Positions 41,971 to 53,143 of a DNA stretch of 64,000 nucleotides are shown here, piece after piece. Position 1 is the first letter of the stretch. Each line of letters begins with the position of its first letter. Both the position numbers and the translations under genes were made by a program. Below the pieces are notes generated by a model, which saw only the letters and a list, made by a program, of their open reading frames with translations, was not told where the DNA came from and ran no database searches. This DNA comes from Paraspadella gotoi (taxonomy: Eukaryota > Animalia > Chaetognatha): assembly GCA_051294375.1 (NCBI GenBank), contig CM119264.1, forward strand, positions 6,201,110 to 6,265,109, in the 5' to 3' direction.

Positions 41971-44900
41971 GAGCGCGTGGTCAGCGGCGGCAAAGCCAGC
42001 GCAGCTGGTCGCTGCGGCGTGCCGCAGCCGAGACCCGCCAGCGCAGAGCGCGGGTTCAGCGGTCGCAACGCCAGCGCAAGCCGACCGGGAGCAGCTGGCG
42101 CAACGGCAGCGCAAGCGCGGGTCGAGGCGTCGGCAACGCCAGCGAAGCGCGGGGCAGCGGCGCAAACGGCCCAGCGCCAAGCGCGTGTGCGGCTCACGCC
42201 AGCGAAGCGCGGGGAGCGGCTGGCCCAAGCCAGCGCAAGCGCGGGGCCAGCGGGGCGCAACGCTGAGCGCAAGCGCGTGGGCAGCGGCGGCAAAGCCAGC
42301 GCAAACGCGGGGCGGCGGCACGCCAGGCGCAAGGCGCGGGCAAGTGGTCAACGCCAGCGCGCAGCCGGCAGCGGCTGGCAACGCAGCGAAACGGGGAGCG
42401 GCGGCAACCAGCGCAAGCGCGTGCAGGTGGCTCAACGCCAGGCCGGGCAGCGGACGTCACGCCAGCCGCAAGGCGCGGGCGCAGCGGGCGCAAGACCAGC
42501 GGCAAGCGGGGTCGGCGGCCGGGCAACGCAGGCAGCGCGGGGCAGCGGGGCAACGGCCCAGAAACGCGAAGCGGGGGCAGCGGCGGGCATACGCCAGCCC
42601 ATAGAGCGGGGCAGCGGCTGGCAACGCCCAGGCATAGCGGGTCAGCGGCGGCAACGGAGCGCAAGGGAGACGCAAGCGCGGGGCAGGCGGGCGCAAACAG
42701 CCAGCGCAAGGCGGGTACAGGCGCCGCCAAAAAAGGCGAGACGCGCTCGGCGCAACAGGCCCCGGGCCCGTACCCCGCACGGGGCGTGCCGCCCCGCCGC
42801 GGCCGCCACCGACCGCCGCGCCGCCGCACCGCAGCCGCCAGCGCCGCCGCCCGCGGCGCCGGCAAACGCAGGCAAAGGGAGGCCGGGCAGCACTCCCGCG
42901 TGTGGGGGCACCGAAAACAACAGGGGCGGCGCGCCGCCGGCGACGACGACGACCGACGACGGAGACCGGACGACGACGCGGACAGGCAGGGGCGCGAGGG
43001 GAGGTGGAGAGACAGCGGGCGAGAAAGGGAAGGAGAGGGAGCGATACGGTACGGACGACGCGGGAGAGTGGGGGGAAGAAAAGCCCCCAAAGGGCGGGGC
43101 GCGAAGAGGGCAGCGAGAGGGACGAAAAAGGGGACAACCAAGAGAAGGTAGAAACAGGAGGAGAGGAGATGAAGGGGGGGGAGTGCGGCAAGGGACGGAG
43201 GGCAGGGCAAAAGGACGGCGGCGAGACGGGAGCCCCGTAGGGACGAGGGAAGGGGCGGGCGGAGAAGCGGGCCGAAGGAAGGCGGGCGCGGAGGGTCAGA
43301 CGGGGCGACAGGAAGCGCGCCGGGGGGCGGGCGGGGGCGCGTGGGCGGGCGGGCGGCGGGCGGGCGAGGGGCGGGGGCGGGGGGGCGGGGGGCGGTGGGG
43401 GCGGGAGGGGGAGGCGGGGAGGCGGGGGAGGGGGCGAGGCGGGGCGGGCGGGCGGTGCGAGCGGGGGGGCGGGCGGGCGAGCGGGCGGGGGCGGGCGGGC
43501 GAGGGGGCGGGCGGGCGGGGGGCGGGCCGGGCGGGCGCGGGACAGGAGGTGACCGGCGAGCGCTGGCGCCGCGCGGGGCCCGCGAAGGAAAGCCGTTAAA
43601 CAAGGCCGCGGACCCGAACCCCGACCGGCCACGGCGGCGCGCCACCGAGAGAGCACACGCTGACGGGGGGAGGGAGGCACCAGAGAGGGGGTGAGGACGG
43701 GGGTATGACGGAAAAGTGCACAGGGGCCGCGCGACGAAGCACAGCAACGACGACCACGAAGGAGCTGGAGGCGGGAGAGGCGAGGACCGCTGGGAAAACG
43801 AGCACAGGGGCCCGCGCGACGAGCCAGAACGACGCACGAGGAGGAGCGGGTAGGACGAGTGGGTGGCTGAAAGAGCACAGGCCTCCGCGAGCGAGCGCAG
43901 ACGACCGACACGAGAAGACGGCAGACACGAATGAGGGACGTGGGCGAGGGGGCCGCGCAACGCGGACGGAAAAGAGCACAGGGCCGCGCGGGATGCGGAG
44001 CAGAACGGACGACCGAGGAGGAGCGGAGGACGGGGAGGACGGAAGAGACCAGGCCGCGCGAGCGAGCCAGACGAACACGGATAGGACGGAGGCCGGGCGA
44101 GGAGGAAAAGAGGCACAGTGAGCCGCGCGTGAGCGAAGCCCCAGAACGACAGAGGGGGGGCCACGGGCCCCAGAGGGAAGCACCCGGGGAGGAGAGGACG
44201 AAGGCAAGTGGGGACGGGACAACAATGAGAAGGGGTGCGAGATTAAGGACGACGAGTCCAGGGCAGGAAAACAAAGGAAACACAGGGGGGGCGCAAAGAC
44301 GGGCAATCAACACAAACGAGAGGCGAAGCGGGAGCGGGGAGAGGGGGAGAGGGAGACGGATAACGCAAAAACGTAGTTTTAGGCGTATTTGTGAGGAGAG
44401 GAACAGGAGAGGGAAACGGGAAGCCAGCGGGACGGTAAGAAAAGAAAAGAAAAAGAAAGAAAAGAAAAGAAAAAAAAGCGGGGGAAAGGATCCAACCGGG
44501 ACAGCGCCAGCAGAAAGAGCCAACACGAAACGCAACCCAAAACGAACGGGGGGCGAGGCCAGCAAGCAAGAGGCGGGGGCGTCCGCCGCGGCCGCCGCGT
44601 CCCACGCCGGCGCACGCACCGCGCAACGGATTGGAAGGAGGGTCCCAAAGAGGAAAGCGGACCCCCCGGGAGGCCCAACGCCGGGAGCGGACCAAGAAAC
44701 GAAAGCCCAACAGAGACGGTACGGGAGCGCCGAGCGGGTGCGAAGGACGGCCGGACACGCCCAGTGGGAAAGGCCGCCGGCCGCGGCCGGGAAGCGCGGA
44801 GGCCGCGGCCGCCGAGCGGCGGCAGAGGGGGCGCGCGGACGGGGACGGGCGTGCCAGGCGAAGCCGGAGCAAGAGGGGCCAGAGGAGCCGAAGACCCCGA

Positions 44901-45500
44901 CGAAAGGAGGACGCCACCGCCGCAGGCGCCTAGGACTGGCGGACGCAGCGGCTAGACCCCGCGCTTGCAGACGACGAAGAAAGCGGAGGCGCGACGGCGC
45001 AGGCCAGCGGCGGCGCCGCAGCGCACCAGCAGCGCCGCGGAGCGGAGAGGGGGCGGACGAGTCGTTGTACTTTACGAACAGTGAGGCGGAAGGAAGGGCC
45101 GGCCGCGAAGGCCAAGAGAGAGGGAGAAGGGGCGAAGCGGGGATAGGCGGGCGGGGGCGATGCACGCGAATGCTCCGCAGAAGAGGAACGCGCGGCGGGG
45201 GGACTGAGGATGACGAGGCCGACGTAGCGGGAACGGGCACAGCAAGGCGACGGGAGGGGGGACGACGACGGCGCCGAGCGGAACGACGCCCGGCGCCCCA
45301 GCGCAGCAGAACGCGGTGAATCGAGGTCAGTGGCCAAAGAGGACGCGGGGGGGGAAAGGCTAGAGGGACGGCGGGCGCCCAGGGGCAGCCGGGCTAGGAG
45401 CGGGGCGGGGAGAACCGGGCCGGGAGAGATAAGACGGGCGGGACTAGGACAGCGGGTGGCCACTGGCCAGAGTGAATCGCGTGGGAGTGAATATGACAAA
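41971..45500 (+). other. T-depleted, G-rich block: probable systematic T->G base-calling artefact
   Basis: 41971-42720 is the 31-bp satellite with T replaced by G (CAGCGGCGGCAACGCCAGCGCAAGCGCGGGG). 43320-43540 GGGC runs correspond to (TTTC)n. 44640-45050 matches 45940-46190 under T->G. Confidence 0.85.
42860..42945 (+). CDS. Putative DPP6/DPP10-like exon corrupted by T->G miscalls (boundaries approximate)
   Basis: ggc aaa ggg agg ccg ... ggg ggc acc gaa aac aac agg ggc reads VKWSP.....FVTENNIF if selected G are read as T. This has the same spacing as DPP4 WSPVGHKLAYVWNNDIY and sits where that exon is missing. Confidence 0.5.
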
Positions 45501-45842
45501 GTCAAGTGTGACTAGTGACAACAATGAGAAAAGTGGGCGAGAGGACGACGAGCAGTTCAAATGTAAAACAATTAACACATTTTTTTCGCAAGACTGCAAA
45601 CACAAACTTAGATTCAAGCTGAGCTGTTAGAGTGTTAGATGTTAGACTAAACGCGAAAAACATCATCGATATATTAGATGTTAACATTAGATGTTAAACA
45701 GGGAATCCAAGCTTGACGGAATAAAAATAATAAAATAAAATAAAATAAAATAAAATAAAAAAAAATCTTTTGAAATGACCAACCGTGACATCGCCATCAT
45801 AAATATCACAAACACGTAAACAGCAACAAAACTAACTTTTTT

Positions 45843-46264
45843 CTATTTTCCATCAATCAATTTCTTTTGTTCTTTCTCCTCCTCCTCCTCCTCCTCCCCA
45901 CTCCTCTCGCACGCCCCCCTCAACGAGAGAGTGATGAGTGCCCCAAAGATTAAAGCGGACCCCGTGATGCCCAACGCCTCGGGTAGCTGACCCAAGAAAA
46001 CGAAGCCCAACAGATACGAGACGGGGATCTCGAGCGTGGCGAAGACTGCGACCACCTCGGACCCGATGTGCTGCACCGCGGCGAAGAGGCAAGAGTGGGC
46101 CAGCAGATCGAAGACCCCGACGAAATGAAAGCGAGATGGCGCGACGGCGCAGCCAGCGTCGTCGCCGCAGCCGACACCAGCAGCGCCGCGGTGTTGTTGA
46201 GATAAAAGACGCTCCAATGGACGCCGCGGAGCTGGAGATGTTCGGAGAGGACGAACATGAGGCG
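45843..46264 (-). CDS. EamA/DMT-superfamily (SLC35G-like) transporter, C-terminal half, frameshifted
   Basis: LMFVLSEHLQLRGVHWSVFYLNNTAALLVSAAATT / VGVFDLLAHSCLFAAVQHIGSEVVAVFATLEIPVSYLLGFVFLGQLPEALGITGSALIFGALITL...KLIDGK*. Pattern of a second EamA repeat (....EIP....L..VFL...P.......G..LI). Confidence 0.72.
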
Positions 46265-49050
46265 CGTCAACCCCGCAGAACGGTGATGAGTGAGAGATTC
46301 TGGGCACGATTCGTCCAGACGACGACGAGAGTTGTTGACGTCACGCCAAGACACGACGTCACGTAATATTCTGCCGAAAAAAAATGTTCTGTCTGTTTGT
46401 CTGTTTTCTGTTCTTTCTTTTTATTTCTCTCCTCTCTCTCAAACCTTTGCTGTTGAATTTCCTCAGTGCGGTCTGATTTTCTTTCTTTTCGTTTTCGTTC
46501 TTTCACGCTCCAGACCAAAGTTTGACGACGGTGATTCGTCGTTCCGCTCCTGATGAGGAATAAAAGAGCGCCACACTTAATCTTACATTCTACAGTCTAT
46601 TCGTCCACGCTATAATTTTATTTTTAGTTATATTCTATTCGTGGGCTATTAGTTTATTCAATAGAGTCGCCGTGTAGTAATAATATGGCAACGTTATATT
46701 AATCTCAGAGTCTAGACCCTATTCTCGATCTCTGGGATGTTCGTTCCGAATTTTAACCAAATGTAAGTCTAATATCTATTAATTAAATTTTGAAAGTAAA
46801 TGTCATTCCGCAATGGTGCAATGTGTCCATTTTGTGGCCAGCAAGACTTAAATGCGGCCTCACTGCTCATCTGCCCTCAACCTCGTCTTCACCAGTTCCG
46901 AGCAGGCTATATTCATCTCGTTACAACCGTGGTCCCGGGTTCATTCCTCTTGGGTATCCCGGTCGGCTTAAATGGACGCAAATGTGATGGAGTAGGCGGT
47001 CATCTGAGCGGTCCGCCAGCCCCTACGCCAGTTGATGATATAACCCCCTTGGTTATCACAGGCATTCCATCCCGATCCATAATGTACGCTCAAGATCCTA
47101 ACAGTATTACATCCTCTCTTAGTACATAGATAGCATACAATACTTAAAAATCTGAAATCGTAGGCTTATTATACGAAGTTTTTCGGCCATTCCTCAAATC
47201 ACTTCGAGTAACAACCTTCTCCCTTACCTTAGGATATCTTTTGGGTCTTCAAATTGCGTGGTAAATGCCAGGATCATCGATTATTCGTTCGATCGTTGTT
47301 TCCGCGTACCACGCGTTTAGCAGTATAAATTTGAAACTAGCGTAACGTTTCGTACTCAAAAGGCCGAGACGCGACCGCCATCGGGCGGACCACCAGAGGG
47401 CGCAGTTTAGACGAAAGGATCTCCTCTAAGGAAACAACATGAAACAATGGGATTGTCGACTGGAGAATTGTAAAGTGTGGGTAGGCGAATTTCAGAATTC
47501 ATTTGTCAAGCTCAGACGCATTTTAAGATTTTAAAGAATCAACTTTTTTGTTCTTCCTTAACTTTGCCTATCTTCCTAGTCCCTCTAACTCCATGCAGCC
47601 CAAAAAAAAAAGAACATAATCCATAAAACCAGATTACTATTTCTACACAACTAATTTTTTAATTGAAAACTCTTCATTTGGTAAATGAATCAGTGAATTT
47701 TTTTATTAATTCTGATTCTGTTGAATAAATGGTTATATTCAGACCAAGGTACCATCGCCTTCGTATCTACGTCAATCATTGCCTTCGTGGACGATGATGA
47801 AACACTCTCAAACAGGTGTTGACGAATACCTTTTCAAGTACGTCAAGTTCCAAAACGACGAAGGTCGGACGAAATTAAGTTAATTGTAAACTCACTTTAG
47901 ATAATTTACTTAACCCCAGAAATTGTTACATTTTTAAATTTTTTTTCCGTCTGCCTATACTTTTCCCTTGCTACTAGTGCAGGATTTGCTTCTTATCTTT
48001 CTCTTCTGTGTAGCATTTTCCCTTTACTTACTATAGAAATATTGCCTCTTTCTGTCTTACCCACTAGATCTTCACTTGCGTTGTTTTACACAAAAAACCA
48101 GAGGCGGTACAAACAAAATAGCATTTTTAAAACAAAATAGCAATACAATTTAGTTTATAGATATATCCACTAGAGGTTTTTAATCTTTTTGTTAGACAAA
48201 AGATCGAGATCTTCACTTGAAGTCTTTGAAAAATTTTATATTTTTTAAACAATTATTTTTTTCTTTATTTTAGGAAAGTGCCAAAATTATTTTTATTTTT
48301 TTCTATTTCCTTTATTCTATTGTATTTGATTCAAAGCAATTTTTAATTCAAATATAAATAACAAAAAAAAAATCATTATTGTTGATTTATAAAATATTTT
48401 TTGCAAGAGATGTAGCAAAAATGTGTTATAGTGCCGCAGTTAACAGTGCCAAGCTTTAAGCCCTTGAAACTTGATATACATTATTAGGCGCGGCCACTGC
48501 GTCTTGAGCCCTATCGAACTGATACCATGAAATTCTCTTGCTGGCCAAGAATAAGTACAAAGGGCCCAGACGTTTTTTTTTTTTAAAAATGTTTTCCCTA
48601 GTTTTTCGATTTTGTTTGACCAAAAAAAGTTTTTCGGCGATTCGTCGCTACAAAAATGTGAGAAAATATTATAACATCTATGAGATGATATGTCAACGTT
48701 GACTGACTCACCTACAGAAGAAACTTCCTAAAGCAAAAACCTAAAAATGTTTTCATTTTTTTTGTTGTTTTTTAAGCTATATTACACGTTAACGTTTTTT
48801 CTTTTAAAGAGTAGCGCTTCATCATTTTAATTATTTTTTTAGGTTTGTTTTTTTCATTTAAAAGTCTTTTTACAATTTATGTTATTTTAATTTTTCCTTT
48901 TTTAACAATATTTAATGTTTTTATTACTCCTATTTTACACTTAAATCGCCTAAATTTAGCCGCTAAATTTCTTCGACAGTTGCTTGACCCCACACTCAAC
49001 GAAATGATCCTTCAATTCGACACTCGCTTATCCACTCTCGGTCTTTATGG
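46265..49050 (-). repeat. Inverted noisy duplicate of 51422-54068, including three DPP exon copies
   Basis: Reverse-complement collinearity; the exon copies carry 1-bp indels absent from the + strand copies. Confidence 0.92.
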
Positions 49051-50097
49051 CGACCAACCTGGAGCTTACTATGTATTGATGAATCTCGCTCTTGTCCGAT
49101 CAGGTCATCTGGCGACGACTTTGTGGAGCCTAAGCGCTCTGCAATCTTACGTCGTTTCCGTCCATTCTCGCTTTATTTCCGAGAGTCGGCCTCTGGGTCC
49201 CGCGAAACTCCAGTCGGTATGGCGTTGGCGGCCTGTTGATCCTGGCGGCAATGTGAGGTCTTAGTGAAGGTTGAGTTCTGACGTGACCGAGTTGGAGAAA
49301 CTAAACAGAAAGTAAAGGGCCGCCCCTCTGACGGTATGGTCGCCAACTGCCCAGCTGTTCTGGGAGATTTAAAAACATTCTGCGAACAAATATAATATGG
49401 TGCCAAAAAAATGGAAAATATGCCACCAAGAATACTTTTTTTGTACGATTTTCCTAAGAAATCAAGCCCCCCAATTAGGGGTAGTCCCGCACTCAATGGT
49501 GAGTCAAAAATTTTGAGTGAGTACATGCTCAACGAATATTTAGACATTTTTTAAGTAATACTTTCCAATGGGACCAAAAATTTCTAATATTAGCGCTCTA
49601 TACCCTAGTAATTAATCTTTTTAATATTTATTTATAGATAGAAAGTGCCAAAAATTTTTTTGAATTTTTAAATTTTAAGATCCAGGATTCAAGATAGCTT
49701 CATAAAAAGTTGTCCTGCACAAAGTATGTTTCTTTCTTAAATATCTTTTACGATAAGTGTGTCAAAAATAGAAAAAACTGTAAAAAATTCATCTATCCCT
49801 ATCATCTTTCGCATCGATTTATCAGTCTTTTTTATATTTCACTTAGAAACGCGAAGAATTTTTAAAAGCTAATTATATTCTTTTTTAACTTTTTTATGCT
49901 CTCATCAGAATCCATCAAAAAATTTTTAAGCATTTAAAAAATAATTTTCTTTTTTCTTGTCGCCAAGCGGCGATAATGCTTCGAGGCTTCGCCGTTGAAA
50001 AGCAAGACAAAAAGTTATGAATAATTGGGTTTTGGCGGGCGACGCCTTCGAAACATTAACCACGCCTTCGATTGACTTCAACACTAAAAAAAAAAAC

Positions 50098-50451
50098 CAA
50101 TTCAGCCATGATGTACATGTTACATGAACCCGTCTTTTCTCTCCGGCCAGCGTCCTCACTAGTCACGATCATGCCGGTGCCCCATGGGCCGACGCCGTCA
50201 CCCTCTGAACTTCAGTCGTCATCTGCCATGCTCATCCAAGCGGCTCTGCTGCGCCGGGCGCCGGCCGTTCGTTCAAATCGGCGCTCGTCGTCGTCCCACC
50301 CTCCGTCAGGGAGCATACGTCTCGTCCAAAAGGCCGAGCTTCATCTTCGCCGGCTTCGAAGTGGAACGCATCGCCGCAGAATTCCCAGACTCGAAATTTC
50401 TACTTTCTCTTGGCCTTCGGGGAGACGCCGGTGCAGCCCTTCCTTACGCCA
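50098..50451 (+). CDS. EamA/SLC35G-like transporter, N-terminal portion (frameshifted, ends at gap)
   Basis: Across frames: SAMM..., IMP(M)ADAVTLNFS, IGA....TL.GAYV..RPSFIF, GAAL.YA. The ADA..(F)S and RP.F.F motifs are SLC35G-like. Confidence 0.6.
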
Positions 50452-50476
50452 NNNNNNNNNNNNNNNNNNNNNNNNN

Positions 50477-51240
50477 AGGTGGTCGCCATAAAGACGAGGA
50501 GTGGATAAGCGAGTGTAGATTGAAGGATCATTTCGTTGAGTGTGGGCCGTGGGGTCAAGCAACTGTCGAAGAAATTTAGCCGCTAATTTAAAATTGTTAC
50601 AAAATGGAAAAATTAAATAACATCAATTGTAAAAGAACTTTTAAATGAAAATAAACAAAACTTAAAAAAAAAATTAAAAATGATAAAAGCGCTACTCTTT
50701 TAAAAAAAGAATTTTTAGGTTTTTTATTTAGGAAGTGTGGCGGTATATTCACACCCCCTCACGTCCACCATCTTTCAGCCAAATCCATTGGCTCAGAGGG
50801 GGAACACACCATCCACGACTTCCCTCTGCGTTTTCAAAGCAAGACCGTCCTTGGGTAACCGCGCCAGTGACTGGAGGCGTCACTGAGGGTCGGATCCCCC
50901 AAAGCCAACAGTGAGATACCCGGCTGTTGCCAAAGAAGTTTCTTTTCTGGTAGGTCGTCAGTCACTTGACCTATCATCTCATAGATGTTATAATATTTAA
51001 ATTTTTTCAAATCAAATCGGAAAAAGTAGGGAAAATTTTTTTCAGAAGAAAAAAAACCCATCTGGGCACTTTGTATTATTCTCGCAGCAAGAGATTTCAT
51101 GTATCGTTCGATAAGCTTAAGACCAGTGGCTGCGCCAATACATGTATATCAGTTTCAAGGGCTTAAATAATAACATTTTGCTACTTGGAAAAATATTTTA
51201 TAAATCAAAATAATATTATTTTTGTTATATAATATTTGAT
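50477..51240 (+). repeat. Diverged second copy (likely other haplotype) of 51422-52093
   Basis: Collinear, with substitutions, multi-base deletions and two extra TE insertions. Confidence 0.8.
50736..50934 (+). mobile_element. Solo-LTR-like element, 4-bp TSD GAAG
   Basis: TGTGGC...GCCAAA flanked by GAAG/GAAG. The empty site TAGGAAGTTTCTTTT is seen at ~51737-51751 in the other copy of this region. Confidence 0.72.
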
Positions 51241-51410
51241 TGGAAGACGTTTTAATGTAATAAAAACAAATGTTAACGCTGATGAAGGCTAGTATGTAAG
51301 TCGAAACATGTACGTTTCTGTTACTAATAAAATCGTTGCAGTTAAACATTAAAACGTCTTCCAATTCTTAATCATAACGAAAAGAAAGGATATTCACGAT
51401 ATCATATTTG
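51239..51410 (+). mobile_element. Truncated Penelope-like element terminal repeat with 5' inverted segment
   Basis: Contains the hammerhead and AATAAA. Perfect 20-bp inverted repeat at 51239-51258/51346-51365. Absent at the homologous site near 52090. Confidence 0.55.
51275..51316 (+). ncRNA. Minimal type I hammerhead ribozyme (Penelope-like-element type)
   Basis: AACG-CUGAUGA-A-GGCU(aguaugua)AGUC-GAAA-CAUG-UA-CGUU. Intact core, stem I AACG/CGUU, stem II GGCU/AGUC, palindromic ACAUGU stem III, GUA cleavage triplet. Confidence 0.8.
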
Positions 51411-52967
51411 GNNNNNNNNNNGTGGATAAGCGAGTGTCGATTGAAGGATCATTTCGTTGAGTGTGGGGTCAAGCAACTGTCGAAGAAATTTAGCGGCTAA
51501 TTTAGGCGATTTAAGTGTAAAATAGGAGTAATAAAAACATTTAAATATTGTTAAAAAAAAAGGAAAAATTAAATAACATAAATTGTAAAAGAACTTTTAA
51601 ATGAAAATAAACAAAACCTAAAAAAATAATTAAAAAAATGATGAAAGCGCTACTCTTTTAAAAAAAGAAAAACGTTACGTGTAATATAGCTTAAAAAACA
51701 AACAAAAAACTGAAAAACATTTTTAGGTTTTTTCTTTAGGAAGTTTCTTTTCTGGTAGGTCGGTCAGTCACTTGACATATCATCTCATAGATGTTATAAT
51801 ATTTTAATTTTTGTACGACGACTCGCCGAAAACTTTTTTTTCAAAACAAATCGGAAAAACTAGGGAAAACATTTTTAAGAAAAAAAAACCGTCTGGGCCC
51901 TTTGTATTATTCTTGCAGCAAGAGATTTCATGTATCGTTCGATAGGCTCAAGACCAGTGGCCGCGCCAATACATGTATATCAGTTTCAAGGGCTTAAACT
52001 GCACTGTTACTGCGGCACTAATAACATTTTGCTACTTGCAAAAATATTTTATAAATCAAAATAATATTATTTTTTGTTATATTATATTTGATTAAAATTC
52101 TTTGATCAATACATAGAATAAGAAATAGAAAAAAATAAAATAATTTTGCCACTTTCATAAAATAAGAAAAAAATAATTGTTAAAAAATATCAAAATTTTT
52201 TTTTTCAAAGACTTCAAGTGAAGATCTCGATCTTTGTCTAACAAAAAAGATTAAAACCTCTAGTGGATATACTTAAACTAAATTGTATTGCTATTTTGTT
52301 TTTAAAAATGCTATTTTGTTTGTACCGCCCTCTGGTTTTTTGTGTAAAACAACGCAAGTGAAGATCTAGTGGGTGAAGACAGAAGAGCAAATTTCTATAG
52401 TAAGTAAAGGGAAAATGCTCACAGAAGAGAAAGTAAGAGACAAATCCTCCTAGTAGCAAGGAAAAGTTATACAGACGGAAAAAAATTTAAAAAAAAAATG
52501 TACAATTTCTGGGGTTAAGTAAATTACTAAAGTGATTTACAATTACTTAATTTCGTCGACCTTCGTCGTTTTGACTTGACGTGACTTGAAAGGTATTCGT
52601 CCAACAACCTGTTTGAAGTGTTTCATCATCGTCCCCGAAGGCAATGATTTGACGTAGATACGAGGCTATGAACCTTGGTCTGAAAACCTGTTATTCAACA
52701 GAATCAGAATTTAAAAAAAAATCACTGATTCATTTACATGAAGAGTTGGTTCAATAAAAATTATGTGTAGAAATAGTAACTGTTTTATGGATTATGTTCT
52801 TTTTTTTTGCTCGCATGAAGTTAAGGAAAAATAAGGAAGAAAAAAAAAAGTGGATTCTTTAAAATCTTAAATGCGTCTGAGCTTGACAAATGAATTCTGA
52901 ATTCGCCCCTCTCACACTTTACAATTCTACAGTCCAAAATCCCCCATTGTTCATTTGTTTCCTTTAG

Positions 52968-53143
52968 AGGAGATCCTTTCGTCTAACTGCGCCCTCTGGT
53001 GGTCGCCCGATGCGGCGCGTCTCGCCTTTTTGGAGACGAACGTTACGCTAGTTTCAATTTATCGCTACGCGTGGTACGCGGACAACGACGACGATCTCGA
53101 TGATCCTGCTTACCCGCATTTGAAGACCCAAAGATATCCTAAG
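52968..53143 (+). CDS. DPP10: DPP6/DPP10-like exon
   Basis: cctttag|; (E)EILSSNCALWWSPDAARLAFLETNVTLVSIYRYAWYADNDDDLDDPAYPHLKTQRYPK; |gtaagg. EE..WWSPD..LA...YP.....YPK is a hallmark of the family. Confidence 0.95.

Noticed and set aside
43320-43540. G-quadruplex / GC-box array
   Set aside because: Decodes to a (TTTC)n-type microsatellite under the T->G rule.
43690-44150. ~60-65-bp tandem repeat (GAAAAGAGCACAGGGCCGCGCG...)
   Set aside because: The periodicity is probably real, but the true sequence cannot be read inside the miscalled block, so nothing further can be claimed.
41695-45505. Long GC-rich ORFs (460-930 aa) suggesting a viral or bacterial insertion
   Set aside because: Explained by T->G transliteration removing stop codons; translations are low-complexity with no domain motifs.
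46265-47430. Second DPP paralogue on the - strand
   Set aside because: Introns and exons match the + copy apart from random 1-bp indels, and it ends mid-exon at a chimeric junction; redundant copy.
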